Sequence record: MZ234025.1
Source of the DNA: Escherichia phage vB_EcoM-172859UKE1
Length of the DNA stretch: 64,000 nt
Direction: 5' to 3' (one strand)
A program made the translations under genes and the position numbers. Position 1 is the first letter of the stretch; each line of letters opens with the position of its first letter. The notes under the pieces were generated by a model, which saw only the letters and a program-made list of their open reading frames with translations, was not told where the DNA came from and did no database searches. Below are positions 49,314 to 60,706 of the stretch, in pieces.

Positions 49314-50489
49314 ATGAGTACAGTTTTTAACACACAACAAGTCGATGTTTTGAATGAACCGATGTTCTTTGGTTCTGGTCTTGGCCTCGCACGTTACGAT
49401 ATTCAGCGTCATAAAGTTTTTGAAGAACTTATCGAAAAGCAGCTCTCGTTCTTTTGGCGTCCCGAGGAAGTAAACTTGATGTTGGATTCGGCCCAGTTTA
49501 ATAAGCTTCCACAGTTCCAACAGGACATCTTTACAAACAATCTTAAGTATCAATCATTATTAGATTCTATCCAAGGCAGGGCCCCATCTGCGGTACTTAT
49601 GGCACTGATTTCTGACCCTTCATTAGATACATGGGTTGCAACATGGACATTCAGTGAAACTATTCACTCTCGTTCGTATACTCATATTATGCGAAATCTT
49701 TATACCGATCCGTCCAAAGTATTTGATGAGATTGTATTAGACGAAGCAATCATGAAACGAGCTGAATCAATAGGTAAATATTACGATGATGTTCTAGTCA
49801 AGACTCGTCATTGGGAAAATGCTAAGGAAAATTATGAGTGTTCAATAGGCTCATGCCAGCAGAATGATATTGAGATGTACGAAGAAATAATGTTTAACGC
49901 CAAGCGTGATTTAATGAAGTCTCTTTATCTCTGTTTGCATGTTATCAACGCCTTAGAAGCTATTCGTTTTTACGTATCATTTGCGTGTACTTTCAACTTC
50001 CATAAAAATATGGAAATTATGGAAGGTAATGCAAAGATTATGAAGTTCATTGCTCGTGACGAACAACTCCACCTCAAGGGTACTCAGTACATTATCCGTC
50101 AACTTCAATCTGGTACTGATGGTGATGAGTGGGTTCGAATTGCTAAAGAATGTGAACAAGAAGCAGTTGACATTTTTATGGAAGTAAATAGTCAAGAGAA
50201 GGAATGGGCTGCACACCTCTTTAAAGATGGTACATGTCCAGGTATCAATACGCAGAGTATGTGTGCTTTTGTTGATTACTTGACTGTGTCTCGTATGAAA
50301 CAGTGTGGTTTGCCATGTCCAATTACTGATGCTCCGACCAAGCATCCGTATCCTTGGATTCGTGAATATCTGAACTCTGATTTAGTTCAAGCAGCTCCTC
50401 AGGAAGTTGAAATCAGTTCTTATCTTGTCGCACAAATTGATAATGATGTAGACCAAAATGTAATCAATTCATACAAAAAATATTTCTAA
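49314..50489 (+). CDS. nrdB: ribonucleotide reductase class Ia small subunit (uninterrupted)
   Basis: 391 aa continuous ORF, di-iron/tyrosyl radical protein features. Confidence 0.95.
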   Translation: MSTVFNTQQVDVLNEPMFFGSGLGLARYDIQRHKVFEELIEKQLSFFWRPEEVNLMLDSAQFNKLPQFQQDIFTNNLKYQSLLDSIQGRAPSAVLMALISDPSLDTWVATWTFSETIHSRSYTHIMRNLYTDPSKVFDEIVLDEAIMKRAESIGKYYDDVLVKTRHWENAKENYECSIGSCQQNDIEMYEEIMFNAKRDLMKSLYLCLHVINALEAIRFYVSFACTFNFHKNMEIMEGNAKIMKFIARDEQLHLKGTQYIIRQLQSGTDGDEWVRIAKECEQEAVDIFMEVNSQEKEWAAHLFKDGTCPGINTQSMCAFVDYLTVSRMKQCGLPCPITDAPTKHPYPWIREYLNSDLVQAAPQEVEISSYLVAQIDNDVDQNVINSYKKYF

Positions 50490-50493
50490 GGAC

Positions 50494-50512
50494 GGGACTT
50501 CGGTCCCACTTT
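50494..50512 (+). terminator. Hairpin gggacTTCGgtccc after nrdB
   Basis: UUCG-loop hairpin immediately after stop. Confidence 0.5.
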
Positions 50513-50515
50513 ATT

Positions 50516-50926
50516 ATGAAAGATATTGCCGCCGAATATTCCTTTATTAAATATACAGAATTGGAGCTATTAGAAGATGCAACAATTAAAACAGTTGATG
50601 TCCCTAATAAGAAAAATGTCATATACGCTATTGCTATAGATGACGAACTTGTGTATATTGGTAAAACCAAGAATTTAAAGAAACGCATTAACTATTATCG
50701 AACAGCCATAAATCGAAAAGACCAGACTTCAGATTCAAGAAAATCACTTATGATTTTGGATGCCTTAATGCAAGGCAAAAAGGTTGAATTCTGGGCCCGC
50801 CAATGTTTTGACCTTTCAGTCACCAACGAACTTGGTTCAATGACCATCGCAACAATGGACCTTGAAGAACCGCTTTTTATCAAAAAGTTCAACCCGCCTT
50901 GGAATATCCAACATAAGAAAAAGTAG
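50516..50926 (+). CDS. denA: endonuclease II (GIY-YIG family)
   Basis: VIYAIAIDDELVYIGKTKNLKKRINYY GIY-YIG motif; 136 aa as T4 DenA. Confidence 0.85.
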   Translation: MKDIAAEYSFIKYTELELLEDATIKTVDVPNKKNVIYAIAIDDELVYIGKTKNLKKRINYYRTAINRKDQTSDSRKSLMILDALMQGKKVEFWARQCFDLSVTNELGSMTIATMDLEEPLFIKKFNPPWNIQHKKK

Positions 50927-50955
50927 TTTACATACCACAAGGATTGTGGTACAAT
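50926..50955 (+). promoter_or_regulatory. Early promoter (GTTTAC 50926-50931, TACAAT 50950-50955)
   Basis: 18-bp spacer upstream of rnlA. Confidence 0.5.
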
Positions 50956-50971
50956 TTAAAAAACTAACTGA

Positions 50972-52105
<1,134 letters not shown>

Positions 52106-52167
52106 TGGTTTACAAACACCAAGGATGGTGTTACTATGGCTTTTATCAACAACACGAGGAGAAAATT

Positions 52168-52668
52168 ATGAATATGCAATTGATTACTAACGATATGGTC
52201 GTAACCGCTTTTGGAGACACAACTGACGGAATCCGGGTCTTTAAGAAAGGACGTCCAGTTGGTTATCTTACTGACCTACGTGTTACACTGGCCAAAAATC
52301 TTAAAAAGAAAGTAAAACAAAAAGAGTATTCCACCCGATACGCTGAAGAGAAACGCGAAGCGATGCCGGAAGCAGTTAATGCCATGGTAGAATTTCTTCA
52401 AAACAATTTGACTAAATATGACGCTAATGTGTTCATTAATATTAGTCAACCAAACGTACATATCGCAGGTATAAAATTCTACATTATTTGCGACCCTCTT
52501 ACCGACAAATTCAACCGCCTCGGAATTTCAAGTCCGTATCATACAGCAGAAGAGTTGTGTGTATTGTTTGAATCGTACAAAATCCAGTGTGATGGTTTGA
52601 AAACCGTTCTTATCAATGGATTATCCCGAGATGAAATCATTGAGATTATTAAAACATGCTTAAAGTAA
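52168..52668 (+). CDS. alc: Alc (host transcription shut-off on cytosine DNA) position
   Basis: ATG 52168 after acgaggagaaaatt; promoter GTTTAC 52108; ORF-track start 52105 overlaps promoter. Confidence 0.55.
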   Translation: MNMQLITNDMVVTAFGDTTDGIRVFKKGRPVGYLTDLRVTLAKNLKKKVKQKEYSTRYAEEKREAMPEAVNAMVEFLQNNLTKYDANVFINISQPNVHIAGIKFYIICDPLTDKFNRLGISSPYHTAEELCVLFESYKIQCDGLKTVLINGLSRDEIIEIIKTCLK

Positions 52669-53012
52669 ATCCTATTTACGCTATAGTAGCAGCTTTTGCT
52701 CTAGTTTCTACGGTAACAATAGTTGTCTTAAACAACAAAGTTGATTCGTTGAATACTGAATTAGCTTCTGTCAAAGAGACCGCTAAAAACAATGCTAAAG
52801 TATTAGACGACTTCAAGGTTCAATATCAGTCAATCGAAGAAATGACTTATAAGAACCGTGTTTTAGTTGACCAACTTAAGGCCGAAAATGAAAAGCTCCG
52901 TAAGGATTCGAAGAAGAAGAACGTGGTGGCAAGTAAACCAGGATTGGTCGAAAAACAAATCAACAAGTCCTTCGATTCCTTTGCAGAAGACCTCAGGAAG
53001 CTCTCAGAATGA
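52656..53012 (+). CDS. membrane-anchored coiled-coil protein (118 aa)
   Basis: N-terminal TM segment IYAIVAAFALVSTVTIVVL. Confidence 0.45.
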   Translation: MLKVNPIYAIVAAFALVSTVTIVVLNNKVDSLNTELASVKETAKNNAKVLDDFKVQYQSIEEMTYKNRVLVDQLKAENEKLRKDSKKKNVVASKPGLVEKQINKSFDSFAEDLRKLSE

Positions 53013-53299
53013 TTAAATTAATCGCAGTTGTATTATCTATTGGCATTTTGGCTGGATGTGCCCAGGATGTGCCCTTAAGCCCTAAAGAAACTTTACATCC
53101 GCCATGGCCTGAATCTATTGTTGAATATAACCAGAAATGGCAAGTAAAGGTTATTGATGGTAATCCATGGGTTGGAATGCCATTTGAAGACTCTCAAGAA
53201 TTTCGTATCTGGTTAAACGACGTAAAAAGATATGTACATGACCAGAAGACTATGTTATGTTATTATCGTAGTGGTTTAAAAGAGGAAAAATGCCAATGA
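53009..53299 (+). CDS. putative lipoprotein (lipobox LAGC)
   Basis: MIKLIAVVLSIGILAGCAQ. Confidence 0.5.
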   Translation: MIKLIAVVLSIGILAGCAQDVPLSPKETLHPPWPESIVEYNQKWQVKVIDGNPWVGMPFEDSQEFRIWLNDVKRYVHDQKTMLCYYRSGLKEEKCQ

Positions 53300-53514
53300 C
53301 TAAAGAACAGCATGAATACATTAAAGGGCTTATCTATGAATCTGAAATGGCGGCTATGATTTATGGGCGCCAGATTCAACGATTAGAATCTTTGCCTCCG
53401 ACTAATGACCGCTTGTTAGTTCAGTCTCGTGCTAATCTGAAAAATGAATATCAGAATAAGTGGGCAGTAGCGACTAAAGCTCTTCATGAGTATATTGAAT
53501 CTTTAGTAAAATAG
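53290..53514 (+). CDS. hypothetical protein (74 aa)
   Basis: Overlapping start with previous gene. Confidence 0.4.
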   Translation: MPMTKEQHEYIKGLIYESEMAAMIYGRQIQRLESLPPTNDRLLVQSRANLKNEYQNKWAVATKALHEYIESLVK

Positions 53515-53560
53515 TTTACAAACTCTCGGGAGCAGAGTATAATGCTCCTATGGATAATTG
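53514..53560 (+). promoter_or_regulatory. Early promoter cassette GTTTACAAACTCTCGGGAGCAGAGTATAATGCTCC
   Basis: Near-identical to cassette at 25630; -10 inside stem. Confidence 0.65.
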
Positions 53561-53571
53561 AGGAAATCTAA

Positions 53572-53870
53572 ATGAAAACATTACTAGAGAATTACATCAA
53601 ACGGTCTGATGAGTATATTGATATCTGCCGTGGAATGTCACTTGTCAATTATGACAAAGATGCAGCAAAGGCACTAGATGAAGCAGGTAAAGCTCTTCGT
53701 AAAGCTGCTAAAGAAAAAGGGTTGGATTTGCAACAACTCAAAAGTCATATGATTAAATTTATTTCTTCAAACGTTAGAAGTACGTCAATTAATAAAAACG
53801 TCGCTGAAATTAATAAAGACCGGCGAGAGCATAACATTCGTATTCTTGAAACTTTCTTAGGAATAAAATA

Positions 53871-53871
<1 letters not shown>
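53572..53871 (+). CDS. hypothetical protein (99 aa)
   Basis: SD attgaggaaatctaaATG. Confidence 0.45.
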
Positions 53872-54957
<1,086 letters not shown>

Positions 54958-54958
<1 letters not shown>

Positions 54959-55149
54959 TGAAACGATTATATGAAGTGATTGAGGCCATCGAACGGCATA
55001 AAGAATATTTGTTTGTAGCCTGGCCTTTAGTAAATGGACAGTTCGGTATTGATGTGCTGGACTATGAGCATGAAGAACGTTTGGACGGTGGTATATTTGA
55101 TAACGTCGACCAGGCAATTGAATGGTTAAATGAAAACTATGTACGATAA
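54958..55149 (+). CDS. hypothetical protein (63 aa)
   Basis: TAATG overlap with pseT stop. Confidence 0.35.
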
Positions 55150-55354
55150 ACATCATGAAATCGAAGATGAAGCATACAAAATGCTTCGTAAACTAGTGGG
55201 ACTTAATATGAGTCCTACATTAATCAACAAACTCGCAGGAATTCGTAATGATCTGAATACTCGTTACAAAGGCGAATATCATGTAGAGTTTGTTCCTGTA
55301 GGTGAACCGACCGAGCGATTTGTTGTTCGAGTTAAAGTAAATACTGTACACTGA
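55130..55354 (+). CDS. hypothetical protein (74 aa)
   Basis: ORF in cd.x region. Confidence 0.35.
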   Translation: MKTMYDKHHEIEDEAYKMLRKLVGLNMSPTLINKLAGIRNDLNTRYKGEYHVEFVPVGEPTERFVVRVKVNTVH

Positions 55355-55361
55355 GGTAATT

Positions 55362-55637
55362 ATGTTCCCAACTTATTCTGAAATTGTAAAGGTAGTCTTC
55401 AGTCAGATTATTGCTAATAATATGTTTGAAGTGCTTGATAATGCAGCCGAACTCAGAGTTCATGCTCAACTAACTCATGTACTCAATGCTTTGCTCCCAG
55501 ACCAAGTAGATTCTATTGCTATTACTCTTCTCCCTGGGTCTGCACACGTCATAGTGGTATTTGATCTTGACGGTGATTTAGTTATCCAATGTGATATCAA
55601 TTTCGGTACACAAAAAATTGAATGCAAAGCAATTTAA
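55362..55637 (+). CDS. hypothetical protein (91 aa)
   Basis: SD tgaggtaattATG. Confidence 0.4.
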   Translation: MFPTYSEIVKVVFSQIIANNMFEVLDNAAELRVHAQLTHVLNALLPDQVDSIAITLLPGSAHVIVVFDLDGDLVIQCDINFGTQKIECKAI

Positions 55638-55697
55638 TGGTTTACAACATGGTGGAGTTGTGATACTATAACTCTACCAACAAATGAGGAAATAGAA

Positions 55698-55934
55698 ATG
55701 CTAAGTGAAAACCCAATTACAGTACACGAATTTCAGATTAAAGTAAAAGAATTTGCTCAAGCACTCATCAATAAAGTGTCTGAACGTTTCCAAGATGCAA
55801 CATTACGAGTTATTCAAGAATCTCCACGTTCTTTTCTCATAATCGTTAATCCTAAAGATGGTGACCAAATTACTAATCTTAAATTAGGCAGTGATGGTCT
55901 TGTTGAAGCAACTCGAGTATATGGAACACTATAA
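55698..55934 (+). CDS. hypothetical protein (78 aa)
   Basis: Promoter GTTTAC 55640 and SD aatgaggaaatagaaATG. Confidence 0.45.
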   Translation: MLSENPITVHEFQIKVKEFAQALINKVSERFQDATLRVIQESPRSFLIIVNPKDGDQITNLKLGSDGLVEATRVYGTL

Positions 55935-56054
55935 TGAGAGCTATCTCATTACTATCGAGAATGGTCATAAATCTGAGCACTACCAACTTAGCCTGTCTAA
56001 TCCGGTTAAAGGTATTGTTGAATCAGAATCTGTTTATATCTCCTAAGGATTGTT

Positions 56055-57047
56055 ATGTTACCTGTCGTCGGAAAACTTATTTCTCCAAAAGAACTGGCTG
56101 AGATTATTCCTTTGTCGGAAGCTTACGCATCACAAGTGGCTTCTCATCGCGAACAAGTTAATTCGATTATGAACGGTGAAGACCCACGCAAACTTATTGT
56201 TGTAGGTCCTTGTTCAATTCATGACCCTATTGCTGCTGTTGAATACGGCAAACGTCTGGCTGAACTTCAAACTCGTCTTCCTAATGTTCTGTTAGTGATG
56301 CGCGTTTATTTTGAAAAGCCTCGAACTACCGTAGGTTGGAAAGGTCTTGTAAATGATCCATATCTTGACGGAAGTTTTGATATGAACCACGGTCTTATAG
56401 TTGCACGAACATTGTGTCGTAAACTTCTACGTATGGGACTTCCATTAGCAACTGAAGTATTAGACCCATTCACGATTAAGTATCTTTCTGGTATTTTCTC
56501 ATGGGTTGCTATTGGCGCCCGTACGACTGAAAGTCAGACACATCGTGAAATTGCTTCAGGTCTACCGATGTGCGTAGGCTTCAAGAACGCAACCAATGGT
56601 TCTATTAAAGTAGCTACAGACGCGATGTATAGTGCCGCCTGGCCTCATCGGTATATGGGTATGGACGTCGATGGTACTGTAGGCATTGTTGAAGCTGAAG
56701 GTAATCAGAATACGCATATCGTATTGCGTGGCGGGACCAACGGCCCGAACTATCATTCTTCTGATATTCAAGAAGCTTCTAACAAAGCAAGGGCAGTAGG
56801 TCTGAATCATTATGTAATGGTTGACTGTAGCCATGCAAACGCTGCTGGGCATTATAGCAATCAAATTGGTATTGGTAAAAATTTAGCAGCTAATGATTTG
56901 GTCAAAGGAATTATGATAGAATCATTCCTACATGAAGGAAATCAAAAAATTTCTGATAATATGTCCTATGGCGTTTCCGTTACCGATGCGTGCATCAGTT
57001 GGGAACAAACTAAAGAGCTGTTAACTTATATTAATAAGGTTCAATAA
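56055..57047 (+). CDS. 3-deoxy-D-arabino-heptulosonate-7-phosphate (DAHP) synthase, class I (AroG/AroF-like)
   Basis: Colinear with E. coli AroG as recalled: VVGPCSIHDP, MRVYFEKPRTTVGWKGL.NDP, AIGARTTESQ.HRE.ASGL, GFKN.T.G.IKVA; stop overlaps cd ATG. Confidence 0.8.
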   Translation: MLPVVGKLISPKELAEIIPLSEAYASQVASHREQVNSIMNGEDPRKLIVVGPCSIHDPIAAVEYGKRLAELQTRLPNVLLVMRVYFEKPRTTVGWKGLVNDPYLDGSFDMNHGLIVARTLCRKLLRMGLPLATEVLDPFTIKYLSGIFSWVAIGARTTESQTHREIASGLPMCVGFKNATNGSIKVATDAMYSAAWPHRYMGMDVDGTVGIVEAEGNQNTHIVLRGGTNGPNYHSSDIQEASNKARAVGLNHYVMVDCSHANAAGHYSNQIGIGKNLAANDLVKGIMIESFLHEGNQKISDNMSYGVSVTDACISWEQTKELLTYINKVQ

Positions 57048-57628
57048 TGAAAGCTAGCACATATCTTCAAATTGCTTATTTGATTTCTCAAGAATCAAAA
57101 TGTTGTTCATGGAAAGTTGGTGCCGTCATTGAAAAAGATGGACGCATTATTTCTACAGGTTATAATGGCTCTCCTTCAGGTGGTACAAACTGTTGCGAAC
57201 ATGCATCCGAAAACGGCTGGTTGAAGAATAAACCAAGCCCGGCTATTTCTGATGGGCAGAAAGAAGGCACTACAGCATTTGGACGGGCAGATAATTTTGT
57301 TTTGGCTAAAGAACATCGGGCTGCTCATAGTGCATGGTCTGCTAATAACGAAATCCATGCAGAATTGAATGCAATTTTGTTTGCAGCTCGTAAAGGTAAT
57401 TCTATTGAAGGTGCTACGTTATATACTACGCTTTCTCCGTGTCCTGATTGCACTAAAGCTATCACACAATCAGGCATTAAAAAGGTCGTATATGCAGAAT
57501 TATATGACCGGTCTCCTGAAAATTGGGCAGACATTCTTAAACAAGCTGGTATTGAAGTAATTCAGTACTCTCGTAATAATCTTCGTTCTCTGAATTGGGA
57601 ACAAATTCGAAACTTTTGTGGTGAATAA
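57047..57628 (+). CDS. cd: dCMP deaminase
   Basis: Zn-binding HAELNAI...PCPDC motifs; 193 aa as T4 Cd. Confidence 0.9.
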   Translation: MKASTYLQIAYLISQESKCCSWKVGAVIEKDGRIISTGYNGSPSGGTNCCEHASENGWLKNKPSPAISDGQKEGTTAFGRADNFVLAKEHRAAHSAWSANNEIHAELNAILFAARKGNSIEGATLYTTLSPCPDCTKAITQSGIKKVVYAELYDRSPENWADILKQAGIEVIQYSRNNLRSLNWEQIRNFCGE

Positions 57629-57629
57629 T

Positions 57630-57926
57630 ATGATTTTAACTGAACAAGAAACTATGGTTCTTCGTGAACGTATTAAAACTATTCTGTCTGTAGGTGTTCA
57701 TTGTGTTGTATTTGAAAAGGCTAATGGTGATGTTCGTACGATGTTTGCCTCCCGTGATGAACTTGAAGTCAAATATGAAAATAGAAATCCAGCAACAGAA
57801 GTTCGTTCTGAACCTCGTGAATCAGTTCGAGCATTCGATACCGAGTTAGGTCAGTGGCGTTCTTTCCGCCTTGATAAAGTAATTTCGGTTGATGGTACTC
57901 CGGTAGAACGTTTGCTTCTTATGTAA
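57630..57926 (+). CDS. hypothetical protein (98 aa)
   Basis: ATG 57630 two nt after cd stop. Confidence 0.4.
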   Translation: MILTEQETMVLRERIKTILSVGVHCVVFEKANGDVRTMFASRDELEVKYENRNPATEVRSEPRESVRAFDTELGQWRSFRLDKVISVDGTPVERLLLM

Positions 57927-57983
57927 TATGCTTTACGAATAGTATGGTATTATTAATCTATCGTCAAACAACAAGGAAATAAG

Positions 57984-58316
57984 ATGTCTGAAGTACAACT
58001 CCCAATTCGTGCTGTTGGTGAATATGTCATTCTGGTTTCTGAACCCGCTCAAGCAGGTGATGAAGAAGTTACCGAATCAGGACTTGTGATTGGTAAACGT
58101 GTTCAAGGTGAAGTTCCTGAACTATGTGTAGTTCATTCTGTAGGTCCTGATGTTCCTGAAGGTTTTGTTGAAGTCGGTGATTTGACTCCACTACCAGTTG
58201 GACAAATTCGAAATGTTCCGCATCCATTTGTGGCTTTGGGACTTAAACAACCTAAAGAAATTAAACAGAAATTCGTAACATGCCACTATAAAGCTATTCC
58301 GTGTCTTTATAAGTGA
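57984..58316 (+). CDS. 31: gp31 co-chaperonin (GroES-like)
   Basis: [21 protein letters not shown]...; 110 aa; near-identical to T4 gp31 as recalled. Confidence 0.9.
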   Translation: MSEVQLPIRAVGEYVILVSEPAQAGDEEVTESGLVIGKRVQGEVPELCVVHSVGPDVPEGFVEVGDLTPLPVGQIRNVPHPFVALGLKQPKEIKQKFVTCHYKAIPCLYK

Positions 58317-58317
58317 T

Positions 58318-58325
58318 ATAAATAA
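58318..58325 (+). promoter_or_regulatory. Late promoter TATAAATA upstream of rIII
   Basis: Exact TATAAATA right after gene 31 stop. Confidence 0.5.
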
Positions 58326-58440
58326 CTATATGAAGAGAACACTCTTCTAAGCGGTAGCCTACAACTGAGAGACTTGTCGAAAGAAGGTGAAATTCAGACG
58401 AACGTGGCTACTAAATATTATCTCGAATTGAGAATTTAAA

Positions 58441-58689
58441 ATGATTAAACAATTACAACACGCTCTTGAACTGCAACGAAACGCATGGAATAATGGTCAT
58501 GAAAACTACGGCGCATCTATTGATGTTGAAGCCGAAGCTCTTGAAATCCTTCGTTATTTCAAACATCTGAACCCGGTCCAGGCAGCTTTGGCTTCTGAAC
58601 TGGAAGCAAAAGATGAACTGAAATATGCTAAGCCTTTGGCTTCTGCAGCTCGTAAAGCAGTACGTCATTTTGTTATTACCCTGAAATAA
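58441..58689 (+). CDS. rIII: RIII lysis-inhibition accessory protein
   Basis: MIKQLQHALELQRNAWNNGHENYGASIDVEAEALEILRYF; 82 aa as T4 RIII. Confidence 0.85.
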   Translation: MIKQLQHALELQRNAWNNGHENYGASIDVEAEALEILRYFKHLNPVQAALASELEAKDELKYAKPLASAARKAVRHFVITLK

Positions 58690-58883
58690 GTGTTAGGTGA
58701 GTCACTACCTTAGTGTGAAGTTAAAATCGAGGAGCCGTCGAACTATGTTTTACGGTGTACCTCTTGAATGTTGACGAGGTTTATGGTTATCCTGTCGTTA
58801 AATATCCAAAACCTATGTTCCCTTCGAGGGCTTGCGCAGGCAATGTCAATAAGTCCTGCATTTTCATTTAAAGAGAATTTATA

Positions 58884-59063
58884 ATGGCAAAACAAGCTAA
58901 AGCAAAGAAAGCAGTTGAAAAGAAAGTTGATGGTACCTCTAAACGCGCTGGATACAAGCGTGGGTCGAACTATCGTATTAATCAAACAGTTGAGAAGATC
59001 ATGCGCAGAGCACGTGCAGTTCTTCGAGATGATGCTTCTCGTTTTGGAAAGGTTATTGCATAA
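58884..59063 (+). CDS. small basic protein (59 aa), unannotated by ORF track
   Basis: ATG 58884; MAKQAKAKKAVEKKVDG...; followed directly by terminator hairpin. Confidence 0.4.
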   Translation: MAKQAKAKKAVEKKVDGTSKRAGYKRGSNYRINQTVEKIMRRARAVLRDDASRFGKVIA

Positions 59064-59068
59064 TTTTA

Positions 59069-59090
59069 GGGAGACTTCGGTCTCCCTTTT
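59069..59090 (+). terminator. Terminator gggagacTTCGgtctccc + tttt
   Basis: Identical palindrome to 44161. Confidence 0.65.
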
Positions 59091-59122
59091 GTGCGTTTAG
59101 GGCAGAAAAAGTTTAAAAAGAT

Positions 59123-59152
59123 GTTTACTCTCCTGTAGGATGTGTTACTATA
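59123..59152 (+). promoter_or_regulatory. Early promoter (GTTTAC 59123-59128, ...TACTATAGAC)
   Basis: Upstream of ORF 59194. Confidence 0.5.
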
Positions 59153-59193
59153 GACTTGTACCACCTAATCGATAAAACAAACCGGAGAACAAA

Positions 59194-59562
59194 ATGAAAA
59201 TCAATCTGAACTCATACATCAAATGTAAAGACCACGACGGTTATAAAGCTATCGAAATTAAAGAATTCCAGTGGATGTTATACAAAGAGCAATTTGAGTT
59301 CGTAGGTTGTATGACCCCTGAAGGTCCTTCAGATGATTTCTCTTGGAAAATTGTGTTAGCAAACTTTTTCACAGGTGACACATACGAATTAAAAACTATT
59401 ATTACCGGTAAAATTCGTTCAGAAACATATGTTGACGAAGAAACCGGTTACTCTGAAGATGTTACATGGTATCAAAATGGACGCATTACAGCAGATAACC
59501 TGATCGAAAAAATGAAAGCCAAAGGTGTTTTAAATTTAGACAATTGGATTAAAGTTGCATAA
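59194..59562 (+). CDS. hypothetical protein (122 aa)
   Basis: SD accggagaacaaaATG. Confidence 0.5.
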   Translation: MKINLNSYIKCKDHDGYKAIEIKEFQWMLYKEQFEFVGCMTPEGPSDDFSWKIVLANFFTGDTYELKTIITGKIRSETYVDEETGYSEDVTWYQNGRITADNLIEKMKAKGVLNLDNWIKVA

Positions 59563-59566
59563 AACA

Positions 59567-59606
59567 GTTTACTTTGGTACAGGTTATGTTATTATAGACC
59601 TGTACC
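59567..59606 (+). promoter_or_regulatory. Early promoter in stem-loop (GTTTAC 59567-59572, TATTAT 59590-59595; ggtacaggt/acctgtacc)
   Basis: Perfect 9-bp inverted repeat flanks -10. Confidence 0.6.
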
Positions 59607-59636
59607 AACAAACAACTTAAACATCTGGAGAATAAA

Positions 59637-60002
59637 ATGAACTACATCAACTTCGAACGTAAATATGTTTCTAACGGTATCGCTGGTTCTTCTGAAGTTA
59701 TTTGCTTATGGAAATACGAAAACGGTACAGTTTGTGAAATCGAACAGTGCATGACTCCTAATTACGTTTATATGCGATTTGAAAATGGCATCACGGTTTC
59801 AATCACGATGGAAGGTTCCAACTTCAAAATTGCATTAGATGACGATTTCCGTCAGCGTGATTTAGGTACTCATCCTTGCTGGAATGGTGTTAATCGTAAA
59901 CTTCTGGTTAAAACTTGGATTCGTCATATCCTGAGTAACCGAGCTAAACCTGAACATCTCGAAGCAATCTTTGATGTAGTTCTTAACGAATTTGATATCT
60001 AA
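59637..60002 (+). CDS. hypothetical protein (121 aa)
   Basis: SD tctggagaataaaATG. Confidence 0.5.
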   Translation: MNYINFERKYVSNGIAGSSEVICLWKYENGTVCEIEQCMTPNYVYMRFENGITVSITMEGSNFKIALDDDFRQRDLGTHPCWNGVNRKLLVKTWIRHILSNRAKPEHLEAIFDVVLNEFDI

Positions 60003-60009
60003 ATTAATT

Positions 60010-60025
60010 GGGAGCTTCGGCTCCC
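60010..60025 (+). terminator. Hairpin gggagcTTCGgctccc
   Basis: UUCG-loop hairpin after stop. Confidence 0.5.
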
Positions 60026-60037
60026 ACTGAGGAAATT

Positions 60038-60652
60038 ATGTTTAAAGTTAATACTTTTTATAAAATGAATTTTAAAAATGGGGATATTACTCCACGCCTT
60101 AAAAACATGTTCTCATATGACCTTATTGAGCCTTTTGAAGTTTTAGAAGTTACTGATGCCGGCTCAGTTTGTGAAATTAGAACTTCTGAAGGTAAAATTT
60201 ATCAGGCCGGTGTTGGTAAATTCAGTAATTGTTTTACTTTAATATTCTCGACCGATTTAGATGAGCATTTTATTGAATGTCCTAACCCTAAGGTCTATGA
60301 AGTTCCACATCAAGAAACTAAGAAAAATGGACCGCACGAATATACGAAGGTTGAAACTCCTCACGGCGTGATGTGGCGACATAACTCTCCTTTTGGAAGT
60401 AAAGGAACATTTGCTCAACTGGCTAAGCCCTACGACGATGAAAAATATGTAGTAGTCCTTTTATCTGAACAGGGTACTCAAGACCGTGGATGCCAGCGTT
60501 CCGGTTTATTGAGTGAACTCGAAGCTCATAACCTAGCACGTGAATTCGTTGAGAAAAATCCTGGTTCTGAAGCTCTAGTCATGAAAGCAATTACTCAATA
60601 TATCACTGCTCAACCTGTTGTTCATCCGGTAGAAATTAATTTCATTAAGTAG
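60038..60652 (+). CDS. hypothetical protein (204 aa)
   Basis: ATG 60038 after ctgaggaaatt; ORF-track start 60008 lies within the hairpin. Confidence 0.5.
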   Translation: MFKVNTFYKMNFKNGDITPRLKNMFSYDLIEPFEVLEVTDAGSVCEIRTSEGKIYQAGVGKFSNCFTLIFSTDLDEHFIECPNPKVYEVPHQETKKNGPHEYTKVETPHGVMWRHNSPFGSKGTFAQLAKPYDDEKYVVVLLSEQGTQDRGCQRSGLLSELEAHNLAREFVEKNPGSEALVMKAITQYITAQPVVHPVEINFIK

Positions 60653-60682
60653 TGTACATCCAAGGACGGATTAGAGTATAAT
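60653..60682 (+). promoter_or_regulatory. Early promoter cassette GTGTACATCCAAGGACGGATTAGAGTATAAT
   Basis: Paralog of cassettes at 14133 and 14689. Confidence 0.6.
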
Positions 60683-60706
60683 GATTTCTTTAGTAAGTGG
60701 AAAAAT

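Noticed and set aside
58743-58985. 80-aa minus-strand ORF in the rIII downstream region
   Set aside because: No SD, opposite to all neighbours, and overlaps the better-supported plus-strand 59-aa basic ORF.
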